This document shows, piece after piece, positions 27,367 through 39,194 of a stretch of 49,331 nt of DNA. Source of the stretch: Rhodospirillales bacterium (lineage in GTDB: Bacteria; Pseudomonadota; Alphaproteobacteria; Acetobacterales; Acetobacteraceae). The stretch lies in NCBI GenBank assembly GCA_031428635.1, contig JANPPS010000270.1, positions 1-49,331 on the forward strand, read 5' to 3'. The position numbers and the translations under genes were made by a program. The notes below the pieces were generated by a model, which worked only from the letters and a program-made list of their open reading frames with translations, was not told the origin of the DNA and did no database searches. How positions within the stretch are numbered: the stretch's first letter is position 1; each line of letters opens with the position of its first letter.

Positions 27367-30300
27367 ATGTCGGACGCCACCGTGCAGGACTGGTACAAAG
27401 ACGCGGTCATTTACCAGTTGCATCTGAAGTCTTTTTACGACGGCAACAATGACGGTACCGGCGACTTTCCCGGCCTGATGCAAAAACTGGATTACATCGC
27501 CGAACTGGGTGTGACGGCCGTCTGGATGCTGCCGTTCTACCCCTCGCCCCGGCGTGACGACGGCTATGATATCGCCGACTACACGAGCGTCCATGCCGAC
27601 TACGGCACCATGGACGACGTGCGCGCGTTTATCGACGCGGCGCACGCCCGCAACATTCGGGTGATTGCCGAACTGGTGATCAACCACACCAGCGACCAGC
27701 ACCCCTGGTTCCAACGCGCCCGCCACGCCGCCCCGGGCAGTCCGGAGCGGGAATTTTACGTGTGGTCCGACACGGATACCAAGTACGCCGGCACGCGCAT
27801 TATCTTTGTCGACACGGAAACGTCCAACTGGACCTTCGACGTGGTGGCTGGCGCTTATTACTGGCACCGGTTCTACTCGCATCAGCCTGACCTCAACTTC
27901 GACAACCCGGCCGTATTGGCGGAGGTGCTGTCCGTAATGCGATTCTGGCTGGCGCTGGGCATAGACGGTCTGCGGCTAGACGCGGTCCCGTATTTGATCG
28001 AGCGCGAGGGCACCAATAACGAAAACCTGGCCGAAACCCACGGGATATTGCGGCAAATCCGCGCCGAGCTGGATCGCGTCGCGCCGGGCAAGATGCTGCT
28101 GGCCGAGGCCAATCAGTGGCCGGAGGATGCGCAGCAATATTTCGGCAACGGCGACGAGTGCCACATGTCGTTTCATTTTCCGCTGATGCCGCGCATGTAC
28201 ATGGCTATCGCGCGCGAAGACCGGTTCCCGATCACCGACATCATGCGCCAAACGCCCGAGATTCCGGCCAACTGCCAGTGGGCGATCTTCCTGCGCAACC
28301 ATGACGAGCTAACACTCGAAATGGTTACCTCTAGCGAGCGCGACTACCTCTGGAACGCCTACGCCGCCGATAAACGGGCGCGGATCAATCTCGGTATCCG
28401 CCGTCGCCTAGCGCCGCTGCTGGAACGCGACCGCCGCCGGATCGAGCTGATGAACGGCCTGCTGCTCAGTATGCCCGGTACGCCCGTGATCTATTACGGG
28501 GACGAAATCGGGATGGGCGACAACATCTTTTTGGGCGACCGGGACGGCGTTCGCACGCCCATGCAGTGGTCGATGGACCGCAATGGCGGGTTTAGCCGCG
28601 CCGACCCAGCCCGCTTGGTCCTACCGCCCATCATGGACGCCAATTACGGCTTCCAGTCCGTCAATGTGGAGGCGCAGGCCGCCGACCCGCACAGCCTGCT
28701 TAACTGGACCCGGCGCATGCTGGCCGTCCGTGGCCGCCACCGCTGTTTTGGTCGCGGGGTGCAACGCTTCCTGTATCCCAGCAACCGCAAGGTTCTGGCC
28801 TACATCCGCGAGCATGAGGGCGAGGCTGTGCTGTGCATCGCCAACCTGTCCCGCGTGGCGCAGGCGGTCGAGCTGGAGCTGGGCGCCTACGTCGGACGGG
28901 TCCCTGTGGACCTGGTGGGCGGGGCCGTGTTCCCGCCAGTGGGCCAGCTCAATTACTTGTTCACCCTGGCCCCGTACGGGTTCTTCTGGTTCCTGCTATC
29001 GGATAAGGCGGCCCTACCCGCATGGCATGTAGAACCGCCGGAGCCGCTGCCGGACTTCGAGACGATCGTGCTGCTGCATGGCACCGCGGCGGAGGCGGCG
29101 GAGCGCGGCCGCATAACGCTTAGCCGCACGGCACTGCCAGCCTATCTGCCCAAGCGCCGCTGGTATGGGTCCAAGACCGAACAGCTTAGCACCGCGACGG
29201 TTGCCTATACAGCGGCGTTGCCGGGCACGGACCAGGCCGTGCTGGCGGAGGTAACGGTCGAGCTGCCGGGCCGGACCGAGAACTACGTGCTGCCGATGGC
29301 GATCGTGTGGGATGACGAGGCATCTGGCGCGCTGCCGCAGCAACTGGCGCTGGCCCGGGTGCGCCGGGTCGCGCGGGTAGGTGTGCTGACCGACGGGTTT
29401 GCGTCCGACCCGTTTGCCCAGGCCATGATGGCGGCCTTTGCTGACGGCACGGCGGTCGCGATCACCGGCGGCATGCTGACGTTTCGCCGCACGGCCGCGT
29501 TCACGCCACCGCCCGAGGGCATTCGGCGGCTAGCGGCGGAGCAAAGCAACTCGTCCATGATCCTAGGCGATGCCGTCGTGCTGAAACTGGTTCGTAAAGT
29601 GCTGGCCGGCGTGCATCCGGAGGCGGAGATGACCGGCTATCTGACCGAGCACGGTTTCACCAACACGGCGCCACCGCTGGGCGAGTTGGTGCGCGTCGAT
29701 ACCGACGGTACGCCGCACACGCTGGCGCTGGCGCAAGGCTTCGTCCGCAATCAGGGCGATGGCTGGGGCTGGACACGGGAGTTCCTGAAGCGCGCGGCGA
29801 ACGAGCTGGCGATCACGGACGATCTGCCGGATGCAGGCGACCAGTTCGTGGCCTATGACGTGTTTGCCCGCGCAGTTGGCACGCGCCTGGCGGAACTACA
29901 CCGCACGCTCGCTGCGCCGACGGACCACCCGGACTTTGCCCCGCAGCCGGCCGACGCCGACGTCCAGGCCGAATGGGCGGCGGGTGCGCGGGAGCAACTG
30001 GAACTGGCGCTGGCCATGCTGGAGGGTCATGACGCGGCAGAGGCGCAGTGGCTGCTAAACCACCGCGTCGCTCTGCTGGACCTTCCCGCACGGCTAGCGT
30101 CCCAGGGCGCGGGCGCGCTCAACACCCGCGTCCATGGCGACTTCCATCTGGGCCAAGTCCTTGTGGTAGAGGCCGACGCGTACATCATCGACTTCGAGGG
30201 CGAACCCGCACGAACGATGGAGCAACGCCGCGCCCGGTCATGCCCGATGCGGGACGTGGCCGGGCTGTTGCGGTCATTCGACTACGCCGCCGCCGCCGCC

Positions 30301-30609
30301 GCCACCGAAACCGCCACTGCGACCGCGCCCGACGCCACGAACCCGGCCAGCATCCGGCGTCAAACGGTGCTGTCCGATTTTCGTATCCGCGCGGCCGCCG
30401 AGTTCCTGGCCGCCTATCGCGCCGTCCTGCATGACGGCCCCGCCTGGGTTCCGCCCGACGCGGAACAGCCGCTGCTGGACTTGTTCCTGATCGAAAAAGC
30501 CGCCTACGAAATCCGGTATGAGGCGGAGAACCGGCCCACCTGGCTGCACATCCCGCTGGACGGGCTGCACAGCATCGTTCGGCGTCTGATCGAGGGACCA
30601 GATTTATGA
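27367..30609 (+). CDS. treS: Trehalose synthase (maltose alpha-D-glucosyltransferase) fused to maltokinase
   Basis: The N-terminal GH13 TreS has [29 protein letters not shown] and [11 protein letters not shown]. The C-terminal Pep2/Mak kinase has [11 protein letters not shown] and IIDFEGEP. 1080 aa is typical of TreS-Pep2 fusions. Confidence 0.9.
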   Translation: MSDATVQDWYKDAVIYQLHLKSFYDGNNDGTGDFPGLMQKLDYIAELGVTAVWMLPFYPSPRRDDGYDIADYTSVHADYGTMDDVRAFIDAAHARNIRVIAELVINHTSDQHPWFQRARHAAPGSPEREFYVWSDTDTKYAGTRIIFVDTETSNWTFDVVAGAYYWHRFYSHQPDLNFDNPAVLAEVLSVMRFWLALGIDGLRLDAVPYLIEREGTNNENLAETHGILRQIRAELDRVAPGKMLLAEANQWPEDAQQYFGNGDECHMSFHFPLMPRMYMAIAREDRFPITDIMRQTPEIPANCQWAIFLRNHDELTLEMVTSSERDYLWNAYAADKRARINLGIRRRLAPLLERDRRRIELMNGLLLSMPGTPVIYYGDEIGMGDNIFLGDRDGVRTPMQWSMDRNGGFSRADPARLVLPPIMDANYGFQSVNVEAQAADPHSLLNWTRRMLAVRGRHRCFGRGVQRFLYPSNRKVLAYIREHEGEAVLCIANLSRVAQAVELELGAYVGRVPVDLVGGAVFPPVGQLNYLFTLAPYGFFWFLLSDKAALPAWHVEPPEPLPDFETIVLLHGTAAEAAERGRITLSRTALPAYLPKRRWYGSKTEQLSTATVAYTAALPGTDQAVLAEVTVELPGRTENYVLPMAIVWDDEASGALPQQLALARVRRVARVGVLTDGFASDPFAQAMMAAFADGTAVAITGGMLTFRRTAAFTPPPEGIRRLAAEQSNSSMILGDAVVLKLVRKVLAGVHPEAEMTGYLTEHGFTNTAPPLGELVRVDTDGTPHTLALAQGFVRNQGDGWGWTREFLKRAANELAITDDLPDAGDQFVAYDVFARAVGTRLAELHRTLAAPTDHPDFAPQPADADVQAEWAAGAREQLELALAMLEGHDAAEAQWLLNHRVALLDLPARLASQGAGALNTRVHGDFHLGQVLVVEADAYIIDFEGEPARTMEQRRARSCPMRDVAGLLRSFDYAAAAAATETATATAPDATNPASIRRQTVLSDFRIRAAAEFLAAYRAVLHDGPAWVPPDAEQPLLDLFLIEKAAYEIRYEAENRPTWLHIPLDGLHSIVRRLIEGPDL

Positions 30610-32729
30610 TCGACCGCGGAACCGCCGACGCCCTGGCCGGTGCCCGCCATGGCGATCCATTCGCCGTGCTGGGCCCGCATGACGGCACCATCCGCGCCAT
30701 ACTGCCCGACGCCCGCGCCGTCACCATCGTGACCGCGGCCGGCGAGACCCGCATGGAGCGCGTCCACCCCGGTGGCGTGTGGGAGGGCCCGGGTGCCGCA
30801 CCCTACCGCCTGCGCGCCGAATACGATGGCGCCGTGCATGAGGTGGCCGACGCCTACGCATTCGGCAGCACCCTGGGCGACCTCGATCTCTATTTGCTGG
30901 GCGAGGGCCGGCATCACGAGCTGGCCCACGTTCTGGGCGCGCACACCATGACGGTGGACGGCACAACGGGGACCCGGTTCGCCGTTTGGGCGCCCAACGC
31001 CCGCCGCGTATCGGTCGTGGGCGGGTTCAACGCCTGGGACGCGCGTCGCCATCCCATGCGGAAGCATAATGGCGGCGTGTGGGAGCTGTTCATTCCCGGC
31101 GTGGGCGCCGGGGAGATTTACAAATACGACCTGCTCGGTCCGAACGGTCAATCGCTACCGCAGAAGGCCGACCCCGTAGCCTGGGCCGCCGAGCGCGCGC
31201 CGCGCACCGGATCGATCGTCGCCGGTGCCGACCCGGTCTGGAGCGACGCCGCATGGATGCATCGGCGCGACCAGGGGCCGTCCGCGCCGATGTCGATCTA
31301 TGAGGTGCACGCCGCATCCTGGATGCCGGCTGCCGAGAACGGTACCGGATGGCAGGACCTGGCCGACAGGCTGGTGCCATACTGCGTGGGGCTAGGCTTT
31401 ACCCACGTGCAGTTGCTGCCGATCATGGAACATCCGTTCGGCGGCTCCTGGGGTTATCAGCCGCTTGGCCAGTTCGCGCCCTCCGCCGTGCTTGGTACCC
31501 CGGACGGGTTTGCGCGCTTCGTCGACCGCTGCCACGCGATGGGCGTCGGCGTCTTGCTGGATTGGGTACCAGCCCACTTCCCCACCGACGCGCACGGGCT
31601 GGCGCTGTTTGACGGCACGCATCTGTACGAACACGCCGATCCGCGGGAGGGTTTTCATCCCGACTGGAACACGAACATATACAACCTGGGCCGCAACGAA
31701 GTCCGCGGCTTACTGATCGGCAGCGCGCTATTCTGGCTCGAGCATTATCACGTCGATGGCCTGCGCGTGGATGCAGTCGCGTCGATGCTGTACCGCGACT
31801 ATTCCCGCAAGGCCGGCGAGTGGGTGCCGAACAACCAGGGCGGGCGTGAGAATTTCGAGAGCGTAGCGTTCCTGCAGGACCTTAGCTTGGCCGTCCGCGC
31901 CCGCTGCCCCGGTGCCGTGCTGATTGCCGAGGAGAGCACCGCTTGGCCCGGCGTGACCCGTCCGGCCGAGCACGGCGGCCTAGGCTTCGACTACAAATGG
32001 AACATGGGCTGGATGCACGACACGCTGCAGTACATGGAGGAGAACCCGATCAACCGCGCCTGGCATGCGCATGAGATGACGTTCGGCATGGTGTATGCCT
32101 ACAGCGAGCGTTTCGTCCTGCCGCTCAGCCATGATGAGGTCGTGTACGGCAAGCGTTCGCTGATCGGCAAAATGCCGGGCGACCGGTGGCAGCGTTTCGC
32201 AAACCTGCGCGCTTACCTGGCATTTATGTGGAGCTATCCCGGTAAAAAGCTGCTGTTTATGGGTGGCGAGTTCGCGCAGGACCGGGAGTGGGACCACGAT
32301 CATGGGCTGGACTGGCACCTGCTCGACGATCCGGCCCATCGCGGGGTGCAGTCGCTCGTGCGGGACCTGAACGGCCAGTACCGCGCGCAGCCGGCCCTCC
32401 ATGCGCTGGATCATGAGCCGGCCGGGTTCGATTGGCTGATTTCCGATGATCGCGCCAACTCGGTGTTCGCGTATTTGCGCCACGGGCCGCACGACACGGT
32501 GCTGGTGGTATCCAACTTCACGCCGGTGCCGCGGTACGACTACCGGGTGGGCGTACCGACAGCCGGGGCGTGGGTCGAAATGCTGAATACCGACGCGGAC
32601 GTTTATGCCGGGTCGAACCTGGGTAACGCTGGCACCGTGATGGCCGACGCGATGCCCGCCCACCACCAGCCGGCCAGTTTGTCACTAACCCTGCCGCCGT
32701 TGGCAACTTTGTTCCTGCGCCGGGCTTAG
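30606..32729 (+). CDS. glgB: 1,4-alpha-glucan branching enzyme
   Basis: [23 protein letters not shown] and [10 protein letters not shown], typical GlgB GH13_9 motifs. ATGA overlap with treS-pep2. Confidence 0.95.
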   Translation: MIDRGTADALAGARHGDPFAVLGPHDGTIRAILPDARAVTIVTAAGETRMERVHPGGVWEGPGAAPYRLRAEYDGAVHEVADAYAFGSTLGDLDLYLLGEGRHHELAHVLGAHTMTVDGTTGTRFAVWAPNARRVSVVGGFNAWDARRHPMRKHNGGVWELFIPGVGAGEIYKYDLLGPNGQSLPQKADPVAWAAERAPRTGSIVAGADPVWSDAAWMHRRDQGPSAPMSIYEVHAASWMPAAENGTGWQDLADRLVPYCVGLGFTHVQLLPIMEHPFGGSWGYQPLGQFAPSAVLGTPDGFARFVDRCHAMGVGVLLDWVPAHFPTDAHGLALFDGTHLYEHADPREGFHPDWNTNIYNLGRNEVRGLLIGSALFWLEHYHVDGLRVDAVASMLYRDYSRKAGEWVPNNQGGRENFESVAFLQDLSLAVRARCPGAVLIAEESTAWPGVTRPAEHGGLGFDYKWNMGWMHDTLQYMEENPINRAWHAHEMTFGMVYAYSERFVLPLSHDEVVYGKRSLIGKMPGDRWQRFANLRAYLAFMWSYPGKKLLFMGGEFAQDREWDHDHGLDWHLLDDPAHRGVQSLVRDLNGQYRAQPALHALDHEPAGFDWLISDDRANSVFAYLRHGPHDTVLVVSNFTPVPRYDYRVGVPTAGAWVEMLNTDADVYAGSNLGNAGTVMADAMPAHHQPASLSLTLPPLATLFLRRA

Positions 32730-32737
32730 GTCGCACC

Positions 32738-34444
32738 ATGAAGTTCGCACACGCTCTGCCGTTCGGCGCCACGCTGCAGGATGACGGCAACACCCAGTTC
32801 CGGATCTGGGCACCGTCTGCCCCAACGCTCGACCTAGTGATCGGCGGGGTGATCGGCGGGGTCGCCAAACCGATGCAGGCGCAGGATGGCGGCTGGCACA
32901 CGCTGACCTGCTTGGCACCCGCCGGCACGCAGTACCAATACCGCCTGCCCAACGGTCTGCTGGTGCCCGATCCGGCCAGCCGGCAGCAGGCGACGGACGT
33001 GCATGACCCAAGCGTGGTGGTGGACCCCAATGCGTATGAGTGGCAGCACGGCGACTGGGTCGGCCGGCCGTGGCACGAGACGGTCATCTACGAGGCGCAC
33101 CCCGGCCTGATGGGCGGTTTCTCCGGGATGCGCGCCCGGCTGCCGGAGCTGAAAGCGCTCGGTATCACGGTGTTGGAACTGATGCCGATCGCCGATTTCC
33201 CCGGCACCCGCAACTGGGGCTATGATGGGGTACTACCCTTTGCGCCAGACACCGCATACGGCACACCCGACGAACTGAAATCGCTGATCGACGCGGCGCA
33301 CGGTCACGGCATGTCGGTGATACTCGACGTCGTGTATAATCATTTCGGACCGGATGGCGCCTACATCCACGCCCTCGCCAAGCCGTTCTTCAGCGAGGCT
33401 AAGCAATCCCTCTGGGGTGCCGCGATCGACTTCAAGCGAACCGAGGTTCGGGACTACTTCGCGCAGAATTCGCTCTATTGGCTGCAGGAATACCGCTTCG
33501 ACGGGTTCCGCTACGACGCGGTGCAGGCGATTTCTGAAGAGGATTTCTTGCCCGAGATGGTCGGCCGCCTGCGCCAGGCTTCGCCGGGCCGCCATGTGCA
33601 CTTGGTGATGGAGCACGAAAACAACCGCTCCCGCCTGCTGCGCGGTCCTGGGCCCCATTTCGACGCTCAATGGGCCGATGACTGGCACCACGCCATGCAC
33701 GTCCTGCTGACGGGTGAAACGGAAGGGTATTACGAGGATTTCCAGGACGCGACCGCGCTGATGGCCCGCGTACTGGCAGAGGGGTTCGCGTACCAGGGCG
33801 AGCACTCCCGCCACGCCGACCGCCCGCGCGGGGAGAGTACGGCGAAGCTGGAACCTAGTTCGTTCGTAACGTTTCTGCAGAACCACGACCAGACCGGCAA
33901 CCGGGCGCTGGGCGAGCGGCCTACCACGCTGACGAGCCCCGACAAGCTTGAGGCGGCAACGGCGCTGCTACTGCTATCGCCCATGATTCCGCTGCTGTTC
34001 ATGGGCGAGGAGGATGGCTCGACGTCGCCGTTCCTGTACTTCACCGACCATCACGGCGAGCTGGCCGAGCTCGTGCGCGCAGGACGGCGGCGGGAGTTCC
34101 GGCATTTCCGCGCGTTTTCGGACGAGAGCATGCGCGACCGGATCCCGGACCCGAACGACGTCACAACGTTCGAGCGATCGGTGCCGAACCGGGCGAACCC
34201 GGCCATGCGGGCGCAGATCACGCAGCTGCTGGCGTTGCGGCGGGAGCATGTGACGCCGGGCATCCCGAGCGCGCGGAGCCTCGGTGCTGCCGTAGTCGGC
34301 GACCGCGCGATCCGGGCCGCTTGGCGCCTGGGCACGAATAAGACGCTCACGATCATGATCGACCTCAGTGACGTCCCCTCCCCCATGCCGCACGACGATG
34401 CGCTGTTCAGCACGCCCCGCATCGCCGTCCGGATAACTGCATGA
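32738..34444 (+). CDS. treZ: Malto-oligosyltrehalose trehalohydrolase
   Basis: FRIWAPSAP, VPDPASRQQ, RNWGYDGVLPFAP, LDVVYNHFGPDG, FDGFRYDAV and FLQNHDQTGNR. Confidence 0.9.
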   Translation: MKFAHALPFGATLQDDGNTQFRIWAPSAPTLDLVIGGVIGGVAKPMQAQDGGWHTLTCLAPAGTQYQYRLPNGLLVPDPASRQQATDVHDPSVVVDPNAYEWQHGDWVGRPWHETVIYEAHPGLMGGFSGMRARLPELKALGITVLELMPIADFPGTRNWGYDGVLPFAPDTAYGTPDELKSLIDAAHGHGMSVILDVVYNHFGPDGAYIHALAKPFFSEAKQSLWGAAIDFKRTEVRDYFAQNSLYWLQEYRFDGFRYDAVQAISEEDFLPEMVGRLRQASPGRHVHLVMEHENNRSRLLRGPGPHFDAQWADDWHHAMHVLLTGETEGYYEDFQDATALMARVLAEGFAYQGEHSRHADRPRGESTAKLEPSSFVTFLQNHDQTGNRALGERPTTLTSPDKLEAATALLLLSPMIPLLFMGEEDGSTSPFLYFTDHHGELAELVRAGRRREFRHFRAFSDESMRDRIPDPNDVTTFERSVPNRANPAMRAQITQLLALRREHVTPGIPSARSLGAAVVGDRAIRAAWRLGTNKTLTIMIDLSDVPSPMPHDDALFSTPRIAVRITA

Positions 34445-36429
34445 ACGAGGCACCACTGCTGGCGCTTGCGGCCGCGGCCGGGATCGCGCACCGGTGGCAG
34501 GACATTTACCGCGTTTGGCACGACGTGAAGCCCGAAACGCTGCGGGCCGTGCTGGCGGCGCTGGGCCTACCCGCCTGGACTGACGCGGACGTGGTGGACA
34601 GCCTGCATCTGGCGCAGCATCCGGCTGGGCTGCCGCCACTCGTGACCGCCGCACTAGATACACCAATCCAGTTGGCCGTGGCCGACGGCCCGGTGCAGGT
34701 CGTGTTGGAAGACGGCACGATACAGGACATGCGCGTGACCGGCGGCACGCTGCCGGGCATCGGTCAGGTTGGCTACCACCGCCTGAGCACCGCCACGGCG
34801 GAGACGGTGCTGGCGGTCGCACCTGCCCACTGCTGGTCGGTGGCGGACGCGCATCCGCAGCACCGGCCCTGGGCGCTTGCCGTGCAGCTTTATGCGCTGC
34901 GGCGGGCGGGGGACGGCGGCCTGGGCGACTTTGCTGGCCTGCAGGACTTCGTAAAGGCTGCCGGGCCGCATGGGGCGGCGGCCGTCGCGATCAGCCCGGT
35001 GCATGCGCAGTTCTCGGCCGACCCAGACCGGTTTAGCCCGTACTCGCCCAGCAGCCGGCTAATGCTGAACGTACTGCACGCGGCCCTGGATGTGCCCGAC
35101 GCGGCGCGGGAGACGGCGGAGCTGGTCGATTGGCCCACCGCTGGCCGCGCCCGCCTGACCGCCTTGCGCGCGCGATTTGCGGCCGCCACGCCGGACGAGC
35201 GCGCGCGCCTGGCCCAATTTCGGGCCGACCGTGGCGACGTGCTGGAAACGCATGCCCGATTCGAGGCCCTGCACGCCCACCTATTCGGCGCCGACCCCGG
35301 GCGTTGGCACTGGCGTACCTGGCCCGATCAATACCGCCGCCCTGAAGCGCCGGCCGTAGCCGGCTTTGCCCAGGAAAATGCGGCCGAGGTCGCGTTCCAC
35401 GCATACGCGCAGATGCTGGCCGATGACGGGCTGGCCGCCGCGCAGGCGTCGGCGCGGGCGGCAGGGATGCCGATCGGGCTGATCGCCGACCTGGCCGTGG
35501 GCGCCGATAGCGGCGGTAGCCAGTGCTGGAGCCGCCAGGACGAAACGCTGCTGGGCTTGAGCGTGGGCGCACCCCCGGATCTGCTGAGCCCACGCGGACA
35601 GAACTGGGGCCTTGCCGCGTTTTCACCCCGGGGATTGGTGCAGAACGGATACGGCGCGTTCCTGGAAATGCTGCGCTGCGCCATGCGTCATGCGGGCGGT
35701 GTGCGGATCGACCACGCGATGGGTTTGGCGCGACTATGGGTCGTGCCCGATGGGGCCAGCGCGGCCGATGGGGCGTACATGCATTTCCCGCTGACCGACA
35801 TGCTTCGCCTCGTCGCGATCGAGAGCAACCAGCGCCGCGCCATCGTCCTGGGTGAGGATCTGGGCACGATCCCCGAGGGGTTCAGCGAGGCGCTGAGCAG
35901 CCACGCCGTGCTCGGCATGCGCGTGCTGTGGTTCGAGCGGGAGGGTGGGTTCGGCGCCTACACCCAGCCGCGCACGTGGACGCCGGGTGCAGCGGCCATG
36001 ACCGGCACGCACGACCTGCCGACCGTCGCGGGCTGGTGGGCGGGGCGCGACCTGGAATGGCGGCATACGCTCGGTCTGTTCATGGACGCGACCCATGATG
36101 CGAACGAAAACAGCGCCCGCCACGCCGATCGGGCCGGGCTATGGCACGCGATGCAGGCGAGTGGCGCGGCCCAGGGCGATGCGCCGCCCCCTAACGCGCC
36201 CGCCGCCGTGGTGGACGCCGCCATCCGCCACGTCGCCACCGCCCCAAGCGCATTGCTGATTTTGCCGATCGAGGACGCGCTGGGCTCGCTCGATCAACCC
36301 AACCTGCCGGGCACGATGGACGACGCCCACCCGAACTGGCGCCGGCGTCATGCCGGCCCGGCCGGCGCGCTGCTGGATTGGCCTGAGGTCGCGGCCCGCT
36401 TGGCCAGCATGGGACCGTCCGTCATATGA
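34441..36429 (+). CDS. malQ: 4-alpha-glucanotransferase (amylomaltase, GH77)
   Basis: VRIDHAMGL, LGEDLGTIPEG and GTHDLPTVAGWW motifs. ATGA overlap with treZ. Confidence 0.9.
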   Translation: MNEAPLLALAAAAGIAHRWQDIYRVWHDVKPETLRAVLAALGLPAWTDADVVDSLHLAQHPAGLPPLVTAALDTPIQLAVADGPVQVVLEDGTIQDMRVTGGTLPGIGQVGYHRLSTATAETVLAVAPAHCWSVADAHPQHRPWALAVQLYALRRAGDGGLGDFAGLQDFVKAAGPHGAAAVAISPVHAQFSADPDRFSPYSPSSRLMLNVLHAALDVPDAARETAELVDWPTAGRARLTALRARFAAATPDERARLAQFRADRGDVLETHARFEALHAHLFGADPGRWHWRTWPDQYRRPEAPAVAGFAQENAAEVAFHAYAQMLADDGLAAAQASARAAGMPIGLIADLAVGADSGGSQCWSRQDETLLGLSVGAPPDLLSPRGQNWGLAAFSPRGLVQNGYGAFLEMLRCAMRHAGGVRIDHAMGLARLWVVPDGASAADGAYMHFPLTDMLRLVAIESNQRRAIVLGEDLGTIPEGFSEALSSHAVLGMRVLWFEREGGFGAYTQPRTWTPGAAAMTGTHDLPTVAGWWAGRDLEWRHTLGLFMDATHDANENSARHADRAGLWHAMQASGAAQGDAPPPNAPAAVVDAAIRHVATAPSALLILPIEDALGSLDQPNLPGTMDDAHPNWRRRHAGPAGALLDWPEVAARLASMGPSVI

Positions 36430-39194
36430 AGCCGCTGACCGCCACCGCCCGGCTGCAGTTCCACCGCGGTTTTACCCTGCACGACGCGACGGCGCTGGTG
36501 CCGTATTTTGACCGGCTAGGCATCAGCCACCTATACGCGTCCCCCTTGCTGACGGCGCGCGCCGGATCGACGCATGGGTACGACATCGTGGACCATAACC
36601 GCATCAATCCGGAGCTGGGCGGTGAGGACGCGCTGCGGACCCTGGTGGAGGCACTGCGCGCCCGAGGCATGGGGCTGATCCTGGATATCGTGCCGAACCA
36701 CATGGGCGTGGGCGGCGCCGATAACGCCTGGTGGCTGGATGTGCTGGAGTGGGGCCGGGCCAGCCCGTATGCCGTCTACTTCGACATCGACTGGGATCCG
36801 CCCGACGCGACCCAGCGTGGCCGCATGCTGGCACCGTTTTTGGGTGAGCCCTACGGACAGGTTCTCGCCAGTGGGCAGCTAAGCCTACAATTCGACGCCG
36901 AAGACGGCCGGCTGTCGGCGGTGTACGGCGAGCACCGCTTCCCGATCCAGCCGCGCGACTACGCCGCCGTATTGCTGACCGAGGGCGGCACGCTGGAGGA
37001 GCCTGCCCGCCTGTTCGCCGAGATCGGACAAGGCGGCCGCGCGTCCGTCCGCGCCGAAGCAAGCGCCGCCCGTGCGGCCCTCCGTGAGCCGCAGCATGAG
37101 GGCGCGATCGCCGCCATGCTCGAAGCGTACTCGCCCAAAACCGAGCTGGGCCGGGACCGCCTGCACCGGCTGCTGGAACGCCAGAGCTATCGCCTGGCGT
37201 GGTGGCGGGCAGCAACGGACGAGATCAACTGGCGCCGCTTCTTCGACGTGAACGGCCTGGCCGGCGTGCGGCAGGAGGTGCCGGAGGTGTTCGAGGCAAC
37301 GCACCGGACCGTGTTCCGCCTGTATACCGAGGGCCTCATCGACGGCGTGCGCATCGACCACGTCGACGGCCTGGCCTACCCGCGCGACTACTGCCGCAAG
37401 CTGCGCCGCCGCCTAGACGCGATGACGCCGGAACGGCCGGAGGGGCTGCGTGACCCCGCGATCATCTGGATCGAGAAAATACTGGCGCCGAACGAACGCC
37501 TGGCAGCCGACTGGCTGACCGACGGCACCACCGGCTACGACGCGATGAACACGCTCGGTGCCCTACTGCATGACCCAGCCGGTGAGGCACCGCTAACCAC
37601 GCTGTGGCACGACCTGACGGGCCGCCCGGCCGTGTTCGAGGAGGAGGCGATGCCCGCCCGCCGTCAGGTACTGGCCGAAAGCCTGGCGAGTGAATTGTAT
37701 CAGACCGCGACCGCGCTGCATCGCGTGGCCCGCCGCGACCTGTCGACGCGCGACTTCACCCATTCGGCCATCCGGGCGGTGCTGATCGAGATCCTGGTGC
37801 ATTTTCGCGTTTATCGAATCTACGCGGGGCTAGCCGGTATTTCGGAGATCGATAAGCGCGTCATGGACCGGGCCGTGGCGGGTGCCCGCCGTACGGTGCG
37901 TAGTGCCGACCGGCTGCTGCTGGACTATGTCGAGGCCTGGTTGTCGGGCACCGGTGCCCGGGACGTGCCGGCCGGGGTGCGGCGGCATGAATGGGCCCGT
38001 GCGATGGTCAAATTTCAACAGCTCAGCGCGCCCACCGCCGCCAAGTCGGTCGAGGACACGACGTTCTACCGCTACGGCCGCCTGCTCAGTCGTAACGAGG
38101 TCGGCAGCGAGCCGTCGCAATGGTCGCTATCCCCCGCCGCGTTCCACGCCGACTGCGCAAACCGGATCAAGCGTACCCCACGCGCCCTGCTTGCTACCGC
38201 GACGCACGATCACAAGCGCGGCGAAGATACCCGCGCCCGCCTGGCCGTGTTGAGTGAGGCCCCGGCCGAGTGGGAAGCGGCTCTCAATCGTTGGATGCGC
38301 CTTAACGCCCCGCTGCGACGTGACCTGGGTGGTCCAGCCCCCGATCCGGCCGACGAGATCATGCTGTATCAGATCCTGGTCGGTGCCTGGCCCATGGGCC
38401 TTATACCGGGTGACGTGGACGCCATGCGTGATTACGAGACTCGTGTCGCTGCCTGGTTGGAAAAGGCGCTGCGGGAGGCCAAGCGTCACACTGACTGGGC
38501 CGCACCGGATGAGGCGTATGAGGGCGCGGCCCGCGCGTTCCTGGGCGGCGTGCTGGACCCCAGCCGTCCCGTGGCCGCCGAACTGGCTGAGTTCGCAGCC
38601 CGCATCGGACCGGCTGGCGCCATCAACAGCCTGATGCAGATGGTGTTGCGCCTTACGATGCCCGGCGTGCCGGACCTGTATCAGGGCACGGAGTTCTGGG
38701 ACTTCTCCTTGGTGGATCCAGATAACCGCCGGCCCGTGGACTTTGCCCGGCGGGATGCGGCACTCGGGGTGGCACCCGCGGACGCCATGGCGGACTGGAC
38801 GGATGGGCGGGTGAAGCAGGCGATCCTGGCCCGGCTGCTGACGTTACGCGCGGCGCATCCGGAGCTGTTTGCCGCCGGGTCGTACACGCCGTTGAAGATC
38901 GATGGCCCGGCAGCCGATCACATTGTCGCGTTCATCCGGTCGTTGGGCGAACAAACTGTAATGGTCGCTGTCACACGGTTACCATACGGACTAAGCAGGA
39001 TGGGACTGGCGATTGATCGGCCCGTGCTGAACGCGAGCGTATGGGCCGGAACCACGGTGCTGGTGCCCAGCAATCGTGGTGGTCGCCAGTGCGCTAGCGT
39101 GCTGACCGACCAGAGGGAGACAACGGTTTTGGATCATATTTCAGCCGCGTCGCTGTTTGCAGACCTTCCCGTCGCCGTCTTGCTATTGAAGTGA
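36426..39194 (+). CDS. treY: Malto-oligosyltrehalose synthase
   Basis: ATARLQFHRGFTL, LGISHLYASPLLTARAGSTHGYD, LDIVPNHMG, GVRIDHVDGL and ATATHDHKRGEDTRAR. ATGA overlap with malQ. Confidence 0.9.
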   Translation: MKPLTATARLQFHRGFTLHDATALVPYFDRLGISHLYASPLLTARAGSTHGYDIVDHNRINPELGGEDALRTLVEALRARGMGLILDIVPNHMGVGGADNAWWLDVLEWGRASPYAVYFDIDWDPPDATQRGRMLAPFLGEPYGQVLASGQLSLQFDAEDGRLSAVYGEHRFPIQPRDYAAVLLTEGGTLEEPARLFAEIGQGGRASVRAEASAARAALREPQHEGAIAAMLEAYSPKTELGRDRLHRLLERQSYRLAWWRAATDEINWRRFFDVNGLAGVRQEVPEVFEATHRTVFRLYTEGLIDGVRIDHVDGLAYPRDYCRKLRRRLDAMTPERPEGLRDPAIIWIEKILAPNERLAADWLTDGTTGYDAMNTLGALLHDPAGEAPLTTLWHDLTGRPAVFEEEAMPARRQVLAESLASELYQTATALHRVARRDLSTRDFTHSAIRAVLIEILVHFRVYRIYAGLAGISEIDKRVMDRAVAGARRTVRSADRLLLDYVEAWLSGTGARDVPAGVRRHEWARAMVKFQQLSAPTAAKSVEDTTFYRYGRLLSRNEVGSEPSQWSLSPAAFHADCANRIKRTPRALLATATHDHKRGEDTRARLAVLSEAPAEWEAALNRWMRLNAPLRRDLGGPAPDPADEIMLYQILVGAWPMGLIPGDVDAMRDYETRVAAWLEKALREAKRHTDWAAPDEAYEGAARAFLGGVLDPSRPVAAELAEFAARIGPAGAINSLMQMVLRLTMPGVPDLYQGTEFWDFSLVDPDNRRPVDFARRDAALGVAPADAMADWTDGRVKQAILARLLTLRAAHPELFAAGSYTPLKIDGPAADHIVAFIRSLGEQTVMVAVTRLPYGLSRMGLAIDRPVLNASVWAGTTVLVPSNRGGRQCASVLTDQRETTVLDHISAASLFADLPVAVLLLK